From positions 992,001-1,056,000 of the forward strand of contig OZ025781.1 in NCBI GenBank assembly GCA_964019425.1: a DNA stretch of 64,000 bases, given 5' to 3'. The first letter of the stretch is position 1. Each line of letters opens with the position of its first letter. The DNA comes from Flectonema sp. DT1601 (lineage: Eukaryota). Under the pieces are notes generated by a model, which saw nothing but the letters and a program-made list of their open reading frames with translations, did not search any database and had not been told where the DNA came from. Both the position numbers and the translations under genes were made by a program. Of this stretch, positions 32,331 through 43,692 are shown one piece after another.

Positions 32331-33168
32331 TAATCTTCTTTTCGCTCGCAAAAACATGTCTTCGAGATGAAAAATAATAATAATATTCCACTCTCCCCTA
32401 GCTGTCACAAATGTAAAACAAAAACGCCTCACACAAGGAGACACTCACAGCCATTAAAAAGGGAAGGTGGAGATGGTGTGTAAGTAATAAAAAATAAAAA
32501 TAAAAAAGAAGTTTACAATTATTTCATGAAAGGTTATTCTTATGGAAGAATGAATTCCATTCCATATAAAAACCTTTCATTAAATAATTATTAATATCCA
32601 AAGGGACTTACCGAAGGATTGAAGAAAGAGTACCACAAAACTTGGGCAATACGAATAACTATATCAAGAAACGGAATCAAAAGGAAGCTGAAGTGAGATA
32701 GTCAGTTTTGGTTCTTAGCCGTTACGGAACAAGGCCCAGCCTGACAAAACATCGAACTAGAATTTAAAAGGAAAATAAAACAACGAACACACGCTTGATT
32801 GACAACAGCCCACTCTAGACTCGATCAGAGAAGGGTTATTTGAGCTGAAGAATGTGTATTAAATAAAAAAGAGAGTATTTAGGCGAACTATCCTTTACTA
32901 CACAAATAAGTTTCAAAAACGGGCAAATCTAAAATAATAACATCTCCAAACTTTACACGAGACTCATCGAGGCCTCAGCTAAAATTCTTTTTTTTCGAAA
33001 ACCCAGGTTGGTTCTGAAACTATTTGTGTAGGAAAGGCCTCCCCCTTACCCAAGTTATTATTTCCGATGCGGTACTAAACTAAAGAAAACAACATTAAAG
33101 TCATCCCCTCGACTGACTATTTCACAAATAACAAATGATCGATCCTCGATATGACAAACTCAAATATA

Positions 33169-35115
33169 TCAAATCGCAAGAAGCCTATCAGCTTCTTCCA
33201 GAGTCCATAAAAATTGATTCAGCGGAAGAGACATGTTGAAGACATCTCTTCTCCAACCACCACTTGAGAAGTTTGTGATGTTGTAGTGTTCCGGAATCGA
33301 GTCTTCAGAAAACAACCATCTGATAACATGAATATTCGATCCCATCGAAAGGAAGACATAAAAAGGATCTTCTTGCGATGCATGTTTCATTGTCGCTTCT
33401 ATGATAACAGACCTTGAACGCATCAGAAATCCTAACGTCAGGTCAGCCCCAAAGACCCCAAACATCACAGCAACGTTTTCTAATATGCTCGATAATTTCA
33501 TAAAACTATATTTTGAAAACTCCACAGTCATCGGCTTCCAACCAGCTGACTTCGCTCCCTTCATAAGTTCCCCAGAGTTCGGGAGAAATCTCGTCCCACC
33601 TGCTCTCCTGTTTATGAATAGAAGCTGCCTTCTATCAGCAGGTGGAAGAGGAGAGAAATTATAACCAAAGTTATCTGTTAGCCAATGTCTTACGAGCGGT
33701 AATATGCTGTAAGTATACTTCGATAAAGGGGATAATCGAGGTGGTGGGCACGCAACAATTACTTTTCTAAAACAAACTGTCCCCTGATAACCATGAGTAC
33801 CATTCCCTGAATAGGATGGAGCAGTTATCACTTTATCAAGAAATGGAATACTTAGTTTATCCGCATATTTAAACCACCAATCACCTCGAAGTACCGAAGA
33901 TGCATAATGCGGCCTCGGCTCACTGTAATAAGAAAGTGTTGTTGGCCGACACTTATATTTCCATCCGTAGTCGATATTCCACATCTTCCCATGTCTTGTT
34001 TTCCGTTTAAAAGAGCAGAGAGGAATCATTGGAATTACTCGACTGATATTATGAAGACTCAATGCATGGATCACAACTCCCCATAATTCTCCCAACCAGT
34101 GGGCCCAATTTTCGATGCCGGTACTCCTTTGCAGGTAGCCATTCCTAACAACCAAAAGAGGACTTTCTTCCCAATGGTCACAAGTGTCTTTGCTAATGTT
34201 TTCCCCCATCTTTATCCCCGAGAGGTAAAGTTGATTCGCAGGTGCCCACTGATCTTCGAACTGACGAAAAGTGCCGTCTACAAGTGCTCCTTGAAATTCT
34301 CTTTGCATCAGACCAGCCATGGCACCAACATAAATTCTTGGTTTTGCATAAGTCGTAGGACACAACATTAACCCATCACAGCAACTACACGTTAAGAGGC
34401 TATCATCTTGTAGCCAACAACTGCTTGCTTCAATAGTATCATTGTGATAGTCTATGAGGATGTCCTTTATATCTGAGAGAGAAGTTCCATTTACTACCGC
34501 TGGATGGATATCAAAAGTATCTTTAGATACTTGAGTTCTTAATGCAGGGAAACAACGGGGTGGCCAATCAAGTTGAGACGGCCACTTTTTAGAAAGAAAT
34601 GCCGTTGTTTCTATAAGATCGTCAGCTTGTGTTGTATTGTCAGCTTGTGTTGTATTGTCAGCTTGTGTTGTATTGTCAGCTTGTGTTGTATTGTCAGTGT
34701 CAGTTGGTTCTTGTAGTCGGTTTGCTTCACCCAGTTGGGAGGTTTCCTTAACTGACGATACGTTGAAGTTACTTTGAAGTTGCTCATTATGGTGTGTTAA
34801 ATTCTCAATGTCGGGCATTGCTGTCGGCAGGTCTCCTTGAATCTGTTGCTCTGAAATGTCACTACTAATAAATCCTTTCCGAGTAGATACTTTGTTTGTG
34901 CCATACGATTGTAAGGTTTGCTCATTATTATTAGTGATGTATATTTCATCGTATCTCTTTTTCTTTATCCTTTTGATATCAATTGTGATGTTTCTACGAA
35001 CTAATACACTTGTCATAGCCTCGAGTGTCTTTGGCTGATAAGAAGTTGAGAAGATCATCAACAGTAGTGCGGCGCTAAATATTAGCACCAATCTGATTCT
35101 TGTTCTGAAACCCAT
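33169..35115 (-). CDS. GT61/DUF563-like glycosyltransferase, copy 3 (648 aa)
   Basis: Near-identical paralogue with the shortest stem (4 DNTTQA units). Confidence 0.75.
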   Translation of the reverse strand: MGFRTRIRLVLIFSAALLLMIFSTSYQPKTLEAMTSVLVRRNITIDIKRIKKKRYDEIYITNNNEQTLQSYGTNKVSTRKGFISSDISEQQIQGDLPTAMPDIENLTHHNEQLQSNFNVSSVKETSQLGEANRLQEPTDTDNTTQADNTTQADNTTQADNTTQADDLIETTAFLSKKWPSQLDWPPRCFPALRTQVSKDTFDIHPAVVNGTSLSDIKDILIDYHNDTIEASSCWLQDDSLLTCSCCDGLMLCPTTYAKPRIYVGAMAGLMQREFQGALVDGTFRQFEDQWAPANQLYLSGIKMGENISKDTCDHWEESPLLVVRNGYLQRSTGIENWAHWLGELWGVVIHALSLHNISRVIPMIPLCSFKRKTRHGKMWNIDYGWKYKCRPTTLSYYSEPRPHYASSVLRGDWWFKYADKLSIPFLDKVITAPSYSGNGTHGYQGTVCFRKVIVACPPPRLSPLSKYTYSILPLVRHWLTDNFGYNFSPLPPADRRQLLFINRRAGGTRFLPNSGELMKGAKSAGWKPMTVEFSKYSFMKLSSILENVAVMFGVFGADLTLGFLMRSRSVIIEATMKHASQEDPFYVFLSMGSNIHVIRWLFSEDSIPEHYNITNFSSGGWRRDVFNMSLPLNQFLWTLEEADRLLAI

Positions 35116-37302
35116 TTGTTATTATTGTTTAGTACATTTACAACTTTATAATAGAATTGAATTGAATTGAATTGAATTGAATTAGTTATCAAAAAAAAAG
35201 AAAAAACACAACTTTCAAAAAAAAAAAAAAACGCCTCCTAAAAATCACCTTCGACTTAATAGTGACTCGATTATAACGATTGAGTGAATCAAAAACCATT
35301 CAGATAAACCTTATTATATTTTGTTGATCGCAGCTAGTTTTACCGGCGGCACAGGGAGATAGATAACATGACATAATAAATAACGGCTCTTAATCAATAT
35401 AGAATATTCATAAATCACAATGCCAATTCAGAGATATGAACGGCAGCTGATTTTTTCTTTTTTTAAGCAAAATACCAACTGATGACTACGAGGGGTCTGG
35501 GTAGCCCGCATCAGTAAGGACCCAATCGCGAAGATTGTAGTGTCATAGAATCGGCTGGAAGTGATCGACTTCCAGCCTCCACCTTTCCCAGAGGCTAACA
35601 GGTTGTAAACAACTAAAGAAAATAAAAGAGAAATGATCCGGGAGTGGGGGGAAGGTGAAAAAAATGAAAACCCTTCTTTCTTTCATATACATCTTTCTTT
35701 ATAATACGACCACATGTGCCATATGCCCACACTCCACGAAAGAAAATAGAAAATCCCGGAACAGTACCGAGGATCGTTCACTTCCAGTTGTCGAAAGCAT
35801 TATAATTGTACTGCGGGCTTACCGAAAAGCTTTAGGAATGTACCACAAAAAATTGGGCAGCACATAGCCATATCACTCAGCAAGAAATGATGAAAACCAA
35901 AAGGATCAGGTAAGATGACAGTCAGTTTAAGGGTCATAACTGCGACGGACCAAAATACGAAATACTACTGCGAGATCAAGTTCACAAAAAAAAAAGAAGA
36001 AAAAAGCCCAACTCGAGGTCAATATTATAAATAATTTGGAGTAAAAGTATTGCTGCGGACGAGGTTTGTCTTCAGTTTAATCAGTCCGCAAACATAACAG
36101 TTATCCCCCGGTATTACTTTCTAAACAAACAATTGAAGGGGTTGAGTAATTGATTCCTCTACAAGCTCACCTTCCTTTAATTTCAGCAACAAAACTCCGC
36201 ATTTTACAAAAACAAGAACATCTCGTCACTTTGATAAGAAAAGAACTTTTGAAAAAAAAAAAAAAAAAGAAGGAAGAAGAAATTTGATACCAAAAAATAG
36301 GGGGGTAACTTGATACCAATATTAAATGGAGAGCAACTTAAAACTGGCTAAAACGAGAAGAGGGTTCAGCCAAACTTGGTTGCAATATAAGAAAATCAAC
36401 AATTGGTATCGATATGTGGCCCCCGAATCGCTGTCCAATATGGGAATTCGGGGGGCCACGTACTACAGGTTGAGCGCCCCATGTCCTGTAGCCCGTTACA
36501 GCTTAAAATAGTATTCCTTCACACTTTAAAAGCAAATAAATATATTAAAGGAAAATTAAAAAAGAAAATTTATTTTTAAAAATAAATCAAATAAAAAATA
36601 AATAAGGTGGGGGGTGAAATATTTCGACGATGTAAAAATACGGTTAACAACAGTAAGTATTTATACAAAATTAATATCAAGTACGACACCTGGGGGGTTT
36701 TTTTTTTTTTTTTCCTCCCGAAAGACAACAAACTGTTGTCATCATCAAAAAGAACAGCTTTCCAATTTCAAGAATTGGGGGAAAGAACGACGAAAAAAAA
36801 AAAGAAGAAAAAAAAAAAAAAAGTTACTCTATTATGTTTTTAAGTGCGAGTAAGTAAACAACACGATCAACTTAGGGGAGAGATTAAGAACAAAAACCAA
36901 ACTGACAGTAAGAGAAAGACAATAATAAGATCATCTTCCTTGCGGCTTCTGTGATCACCAAATCTAGATTCGTGATTGCGAATCTAAAACGAAATCATAT
37001 TTTGCCACACAAAATCGTAAGATAGTATAGAAACAATAATTTCTTCATAAGCTAATCTTTAAAATTGATTCTACTTCTTGCTGAACAACTCCACCATAAA
37101 GCAAACAATCAGCTGTCCAGTTCTAAGAGGGAAAGAGTTCGAAGAGAGCGTTAAATTTGAATCCAAACAAATAATATTTTGGAAGTCGGAGTGAGTAATT
37201 ACAATACTTTTTTTATATTTAAAATCTCTGTTTTTTTTATTATTAGCAGCATCTCCAACAGCTGCTTCATCCTCTCTATCTAACAACGCTAAGAACAGAG
37301 CA

Positions 37303-38436
37303 TTATGGACTGCTATAAAGGTTCCAGTTTTTACTATTTTTGCCATTTGACACCTGAGTGAGTTCAGGAATTTCCTTAAACTGATTTCTCACGTACATAA
37401 TAATTGCTAATGCTGCAAACAGAAAAGCAACAGCACTACAAGTATAAAGCAAACTGATACTCTCTTCATCAGAGAGATTATTACTACTGCAATAGCGTTC
37501 TTTTGTTTTGGAATTTGTATTGCAAGTTTCATCGAAAGAACAAATACTGATACCACAAGACACACTGCTCTTACACATAGGAGTCATTCCTTGATGTGAA
37601 CGATCAATACATACTTCACCTTCAGAGCAGATAATACCGGCACAACTTGCAATACAAAAACTAGTTCCTAATGTGTTAGTGTAACATGTTTCAGTAGAAT
37701 CACATGAGGCGCTACCACATAAAATAGAACTTTTACAGGTTGGAGGCATTCCCTCATGTGAACGATCAACACAGGTTTCACATTCAGAGCATTCCCAACC
37801 CTCACAATTAGGAACACAGAAAGCTGGACCCTCTCCGTAGAATGGAGGATCAAAGCACGTCTGGTTTCTACTACACCAAACAGAACCACAAGGTGTACCA
37901 AGGTTATTACATATTGGTGGGTAGCCTTCTTCTAGTCTTTCAACACAAATAGTGTTTTGTGGACACCAAGTATTTTTACATGTTGCTAAACATGTTTGCG
38001 TGTCAGTGTGGCATACTTCATGAACGTCACAAATACTTCCACCGCATTTCAATTTAGGTTCACAATTTGGGTGTTTTCCTTCATGAGAATGATCTACGCA
38101 CGTCTCATCATCAGAACACTTCCAATTACGGCAATTAGGAATACACGTCGGGGAGTTGTTACTTTCTATGTAGCAACCCTCATCGAAGTTGCATCTGGTG
38201 GTTCCACAAGTTGAGTAATCAAGACAACGAGGTCCCAAACCTTCATCAGACCTGTCTTCACAAACTTTATTTGAAGGGCAATATGAAACACAATTTCTTA
38301 CACAATATCCTTCATTGTCATTTGGTTTGTAACACGTTTCCTTCGATGTGCAATCTTGATCTCTGCATTGCGATACTATGTCTTTAGCATTGGCAACTAA
38401 CAAGAGCGATGAAATTTTCAGTACATAACTTAACAT
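37303..38436 (-). CDS. Cysteine-rich repeat type I membrane (surface) protein
   Basis: Signal peptide MLSYVLKISSLLLVANA follows a T-rich CACAG acceptor. Repeated C-x-C modules (CSxxETCVDRSHEGxxPxC) and one C-terminal TM. Confidence 0.8.
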   Translation of the reverse strand: MLSYVLKISSLLLVANAKDIVSQCRDQDCTSKETCYKPNDNEGYCVRNCVSYCPSNKVCEDRSDEGLGPRCLDYSTCGTTRCNFDEGCYIESNNSPTCIPNCRNWKCSDDETCVDHSHEGKHPNCEPKLKCGGSICDVHEVCHTDTQTCLATCKNTWCPQNTICVERLEEGYPPICNNLGTPCGSVWCSRNQTCFDPPFYGEGPAFCVPNCEGWECSECETCVDRSHEGMPPTCKSSILCGSASCDSTETCYTNTLGTSFCIASCAGIICSEGEVCIDRSHQGMTPMCKSSVSCGISICSFDETCNTNSKTKERYCSSNNLSDEESISLLYTCSAVAFLFAALAIIMYVRNQFKEIPELTQVSNGKNSKNWNLYSSP

Positions 38437-38638
38437 AACTGTGGGAAAAAGAAAAAAAAATTGATAACTTTTTAGAAAAAGCAACGTGGAACCAAACTAT
38501 TGTGAAATACCATTATCACGTTGAAGACCAAGGAACCGAACCAAAATAATAAAATACTTTTTTTTTTTTTTTTTTTAAATTTGTGTTTTGCCACTAGGAA
38601 TGTGCAAACAACAATAACAATAACAACAATAAAACAGA

Positions 38639-38670
<32 letters not shown>

Positions 38671-39231
38671 AATGGAAATTAATATTCTAGTGGCGGGTGG
38701 ACTCCCTTTTTTTTTTTTTTCCAAACCGACATAAGTCGGAGAAGAAACGATGCAGATTCAAAGCCGTTATTTATGATGGCTATGACTTACTTCCCTGTGC
38801 GACAGGATCCTATCTGCGTTCGACTAAAAATAAAAAGGCTCAATAAAAATTCGAATGTCTTTTTTTTTTTTTTTTTTGGAGGGAAAAGAAAAAAGAGGAA
38901 AAAAATATCCTGGGTCGTAGTGTATGTAATTTTATGCGCTTAAAAAAAAAAGGTTGCAAAACAAAAAAAAAAAAAAAAAAAAAAATTATAATAATAATAA
39001 ATAAAACATATTACAACTACAAGGCGAGTAAATCAGTTGTATGTTTCGATAAAAAATTATTCAAAAGACAATAGATACTAATTCGAATACATACAGATAA
39101 ACTCATTTCTGTAGAGTGTAGGTATGTAGTAAGTAGATAATCCACATGTTATTATTTCTGTTTTCATTATCGGGGGGTAATGACTATTCTACAGTCTGTA
39201 AAGACTGAACTCCCTGAAGATTTTAGTTTTC

Positions 39232-42200
39232 TCACATTCCACTTCTCCAAGCTTTTTGGATTATTACAGCGGCTTCAGCTTCGAGTAGCGTCTTTCTGTT
39301 TTTATCATGAGCTTGTTGTTTGTTGATCATTGCTGCGTGTGCTTGAAGCCTCCTAACCCAGCATTGAATCCTTACAGCAGCCTGATCGCGTTCCTTAGCG
39401 CTGTGCTTTTGACCAACTGTTGGACCTCCGAGATGAGAGAAGGTAGAGTTTGCTGGGTACAGTCGACGGTTTTGATCATCAGTTTCCGCTCGAGCCTTCT
39501 TCTCTCTGATGATTGCAACGCGAGAACGATCGCGGTATCCGCGATACATCTTTTGAATGAATGAAGCTGATTCTTGTTGTTTGTTTTCAGCTTTTAATTC
39601 CAACTTATCGCATAGGATCCCAGCAGTGTATCTTTTGGCGCATACCAATCTCCAGAAAGATTGAATTACTACGACAGCTGAGTCCATGTTTTCTTCCTTT
39701 TGTAACTCTTTGAGTACGGATTCTCTGTGTGTTGCTTTCATGTGTTTAATAATACGACGTCCTACTCTACCACGTTGTAATGATTGAATCTTAATAGTCG
39801 CGTCTTCTATTTTCTGAGACTTGTTTTTATGTAGACGAGATCTCTTTACGTACCAAGCTTGTTGAATTATTGTAGCTGCTTTGTTTCGTCCTCGGAGTAT
39901 TCTTACTCTTTTAACGCATTTTAAAGCTTGTAATTTTCTTACCCAAGATTGAATTTTGATCACAGCTGCGATTCGTTTGTTCTTCCTCGCTTCAGTTTCC
40001 AATATAACTGCTCTTCCTGTTCTGGCTTCCATTTCCCAAAAGAGTTGCTGTACTACTGAAGAAGGATCTTCTGTTGCTTCGTATTCGTGGATTTCTTTTT
40101 GCCTCTTTTCAAGTTTTTGTTTTCTTACAAAATTTGATTTTTTGATAGCAAAGAATCTTCTCACTGCCAACTGGATTGTCAAGACTGCGTCGTTTTGTTG
40201 TTTTGCATGTCTTTGTTCCTTTTCTTGTTTCTGACGGAGTTCGTAGCGGAGACCCTTTACATAGAGTCTATCGCTGTATCCGCGATACGATGCCTGAATA
40301 GTAATAGCTGCTCCAGATTGAATTGAAAGTCCGTATCGACGTTGTTCTTCAATTTCTCTTTCTAATGATTTAATTATGAATTGATTTCTCATCATTTGAG
40401 ATAGAATTGATCGAGCTGCAGCTTGAGCCAGTAACAGACAACGTTCAAAGGCTGCAGCTTCAAGCTTAGCCCTCATGTAACTTGCTTCTTTAATGGAACG
40501 CTTTTTATGAGCCTCATCAATGGAACAACGTTGTCTCCACCAACATTGAAGGTGAATGGCAGCATCAGTGTGAATAGCCTTCTCTTCGCGAAGCATTTGA
40601 GCGTATTCTTGAGCAAGGATTCCTCTCCAAAAGGTTTGTAACTTTACGATTGCTGTTTTCTTATCTCTTACAAGTTGTGCTCGAGTGCACAGTTCTTTTT
40701 CTATTTCTCTTCTGAACATTACCGTTCGTACATTTCTTTGAATTAAAAGAGCAGCAGCAGTTCGGGTATTAAATGTATCCCAACGACCTGTTGCGACTTT
40801 TCGTCCTTCATTACCTCTCCATAGAGATTGAATTTGGAGTGCAGCTTCCTCACGACGTTGTTGTTTTGCTTTTTCCAAGTGGATCTTACCGTAGTACTCT
40901 TCCAGACGTTGTAGCTCAGCTTTGCATAACATGTTGCGGACAGCTCTTTGAATTTTAATGGCGGCGTGACGTTGTTTCTTTTGTTGACGACATAGAAGCA
41001 GGTCTTCTTTCTTTGCAACTGCTACCACGACTTTAAGAAATCTTTGAAGGGTTCGCGTAGACTGGTCTCTGAGAAACCTTCTTGCAAGTTCATTTCGTGC
41101 GAGAAACCGTCTCGCTATAACTTGAATTTTAAGAGCAGCTTTACTGTGAGTTCGAAGTGTTTCCTCCTCCATTCTGACTCGTTCATCCAGCTTCTGCAGG
41201 ATTCGCAATTCCCGCCTTGCCAAATGACATCTTATTTGCCTTTGGATTGTACCAGCTGCAAGGTGCTTTTTATCTAATTTAGCCCTCTCTACAGCAGATT
41301 TTTTTCGACCCACGTTTCCTCTGCTCCATGCCTGGATAGTTATGGTTGCTTTGGTACGTCTTTCAGCTTCAAGCCTTTCGCGTTTCTTATTTTGATGATA
41401 GACTTCAGTCTCTCGCTTTCTTTTCTTGTCTAGATATTCGTACCAGGCTGATTGGATTATACGTGCTGAAGGTTCAAGTTTTACTTCCGCTCTCTTCACA
41501 ACTAACAACTTCTGGGCGAGGAACCTTCGGAAACAGTGTTGGATGGTTGTTGCGTGCTCGTGTACTCTTCGGTTTTGAAGTTTTAACGAAACACTTACCT
41601 GCCTCGCTTGGAAGCACTTGTAGAAGCGTTGGATTTGAGCTGCAGCTTTAGCAACCTGATTTTCGTGAGTCGTAAAGAGCATCTGTCTGCGGAGGCGGGT
41701 GACTTGTATTCTTGAAAGGCTACTTCTGATAAAGCGCTGCAATATAAATATAGCGTCACGTACTTTATTTTCTCTGCCGCGATCAAGTGTTCCCCTGAGC
41801 TTTCTTCGGTACCAGACTCTGGCAAGCATTCCACGTGCGCGCTTTTGAATAGAACACGCGGCGATGTGTTTAGACACTAAGTCATCTTGTTCTAATTTCC
41901 TTTGATTTCTATCTTTTTCAGAGACCCACCACTTCTGTAGTTTTCTAACTGCGCTATTTACGAGTCTTTTATGAATCTCATCACTTAGTCGTAGGTCCTG
42001 TTCCTTACGTAGCATGTCTTGCTCTATAGCCATTCGGTATCGTCGCCATGCTGTTTGGATGGTCTTGGCGCAACACTGTCGTCGCATTGCTTTAGAACGT
42101 TTGATTCGTTGAAGAGATTGCTGTGTAAAGTGATACTTCGCTCTTCGTTGAATTTTCGCTGCAGCTTTATTGCGTCTGGTTAGTTCAATAGCTTCAGCTC

Positions 42201-43692
42201 TATCGAATGCTAGTTGTGTACGCCTCTTATCTTGATGGACTCTACTGAGATATGATCTAATAACAGATTGAATTGTTAGAGCTGCACTCTCCCATCTGGA
42301 GATTGTTTCTCGTGCTATGTATCCCCTGTACACTTTTTGAATCTTTCTCGCTGCTATTCTATATCTCTTCATTTCGTCTGCCTTCAGTCCGGCACACATT
42401 CTTTCATACATCAACTTAGCCATCTCTTCTCGTCGTTTTCTTTCTTGTTCTTGTTCTCTTCGCAACTTTAGTTGCTTTTCATGTTGAAATATTCTTTTTG
42501 CGAGCATCTTTTGCCTCTCTTCTTTGCTATTGCGCATCTTTAGCTTATTTTGTCGTAAAAGCATTCTTTCTGTGTGTCGTTGAGTAGAACTTGCTAAACT
42601 ATTACCTTCTTTGGGCGGTTTTGGATGTACCGAACGAGGCGGAGCAGTTGCAGCAGCAGGTGAGGGAGCGAATGAATTCTTTCTTGGAAATTGCTTAAGT
42701 GATGAGACAGCAGGTAGAGTCGCATGAACCCGAGGTGCTCGTTTAACTGGTTTTATTGTAGACGGGGGAGCTGGTTGACCGCGAGGTGGATGTGTGCTCG
42801 CTTTTGGAGTAATGTGGATATCAGAATGACCTTGACTACCAATATCGTCAAGTAATGATGAAATATCTATTCCTCTTTTAAAAACTGTGTGAGTCTTGTA
42901 TCGGACTAAGCTATCCTGAACCGCATGAGTCGTTGGGTGATCTGGACCAAGCTCAGTCATCGCTGTTTGTAAGGCTTGTGAGAAGGTAGTGTAAGCTTTG
43001 CGAACATTATTTTTATCATCTGAAAATTCTTGAGCAACACCAAGGTTGTGTTGAGCAACGACTAACATATGATTTTGATCAGTTGGACCAGATTGAATGC
43101 GAGGCATCGATAATCGTAATCTGACTATTGATCTCACGGCATTCTCTGCTGCAGTAAGAGCTTCTGAATTACGACCAACTTTTATTAATACGGAGCATAA
43201 GTTCATTGCTGTAGCTGGTGCAACACCGCCCATACTTTCCTCCATGTGCATTGCTGTTTCTAATTGTGCCAGAGATTCTTCAAAGTTGCCACGTCGTTTC
43301 TCCATACAGCCGATATTGTTAAATGTTGCTGACCGTAGTTTCATCCGAGCTGGTTCATTTTCTGGAGAGAAACAATTTCTGTCTGGTGTCGCAGCCCCTT
43401 CTGTTAGAGCCAAGGCCTTTCTAAATACTAACTGAGCAATTTGATATTTGTCTTCCTTGAAACTATTAACACCGCAGTGATTATAATCAGCTACCAACCT
43501 TTCAACTATATCCTGCACGTCTTGTCCTTCTTCCCTTCTGAGAATCATCGCCGTTTCACGTGCCTTAAGATGCTCCATGTGATCACCTTCTGCAAGTAAT
43601 CTGCTCGCAATTTCTTCTAAAAACGCGATTTTATCGCTACTCATATCAAATACATTAACGGCACCGCCTGCATCCTCAGCAGATGCCTCCAT
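39232..43692 (-). CDS. TPR + multi-IQ calmodulin-binding coiled-coil protein (1486 aa)
   Basis: N-terminal TPRs (ATFNNIGC, AMNLCSVL, QHNLGVA, ELGPDHP) and roughly two dozen IQxxxRGxxxR-type motifs. Confidence 0.85.
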   Translation of the reverse strand: MEASAEDAGGAVNVFDMSSDKIAFLEEIASRLLAEGDHMEHLKARETAMILRREEGQDVQDIVERLVADYNHCGVNSFKEDKYQIAQLVFRKALALTEGAATPDRNCFSPENEPARMKLRSATFNNIGCMEKRRGNFEESLAQLETAMHMEESMGGVAPATAMNLCSVLIKVGRNSEALTAAENAVRSIVRLRLSMPRIQSGPTDQNHMLVVAQHNLGVAQEFSDDKNNVRKAYTTFSQALQTAMTELGPDHPTTHAVQDSLVRYKTHTVFKRGIDISSLLDDIGSQGHSDIHITPKASTHPPRGQPAPPSTIKPVKRAPRVHATLPAVSSLKQFPRKNSFAPSPAAATAPPRSVHPKPPKEGNSLASSTQRHTERMLLRQNKLKMRNSKEERQKMLAKRIFQHEKQLKLRREQEQERKRREEMAKLMYERMCAGLKADEMKRYRIAARKIQKVYRGYIARETISRWESAALTIQSVIRSYLSRVHQDKRRTQLAFDRAEAIELTRRNKAAAKIQRRAKYHFTQQSLQRIKRSKAMRRQCCAKTIQTAWRRYRMAIEQDMLRKEQDLRLSDEIHKRLVNSAVRKLQKWWVSEKDRNQRKLEQDDLVSKHIAACSIQKRARGMLARVWYRRKLRGTLDRGRENKVRDAIFILQRFIRSSLSRIQVTRLRRQMLFTTHENQVAKAAAQIQRFYKCFQARQVSVSLKLQNRRVHEHATTIQHCFRRFLAQKLLVVKRAEVKLEPSARIIQSAWYEYLDKKRKRETEVYHQNKKRERLEAERRTKATITIQAWSRGNVGRKKSAVERAKLDKKHLAAGTIQRQIRCHLARRELRILQKLDERVRMEEETLRTHSKAALKIQVIARRFLARNELARRFLRDQSTRTLQRFLKVVVAVAKKEDLLLCRQQKKQRHAAIKIQRAVRNMLCKAELQRLEEYYGKIHLEKAKQQRREEAALQIQSLWRGNEGRKVATGRWDTFNTRTAAALLIQRNVRTVMFRREIEKELCTRAQLVRDKKTAIVKLQTFWRGILAQEYAQMLREEKAIHTDAAIHLQCWWRQRCSIDEAHKKRSIKEASYMRAKLEAAAFERCLLLAQAAARSILSQMMRNQFIIKSLEREIEEQRRYGLSIQSGAAITIQASYRGYSDRLYVKGLRYELRQKQEKEQRHAKQQNDAVLTIQLAVRRFFAIKKSNFVRKQKLEKRQKEIHEYEATEDPSSVVQQLFWEMEARTGRAVILETEARKNKRIAAVIKIQSWVRKLQALKCVKRVRILRGRNKAATIIQQAWYVKRSRLHKNKSQKIEDATIKIQSLQRGRVGRRIIKHMKATHRESVLKELQKEENMDSAVVVIQSFWRLVCAKRYTAGILCDKLELKAENKQQESASFIQKMYRGYRDRSRVAIIREKKARAETDDQNRRLYPANSTFSHLGGPTVGQKHSAKERDQAAVRIQCWVRRLQAHAAMINKQQAHDKNRKTLLEAEAAVIIQKAWRSGM

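Noticed and set aside
35480..35545. CTGATGA followed by CTAC...GTAG as a hammerhead
   Set aside because: No GAAA follows the putative stem II. Reported as an unknown pseudoknot instead.
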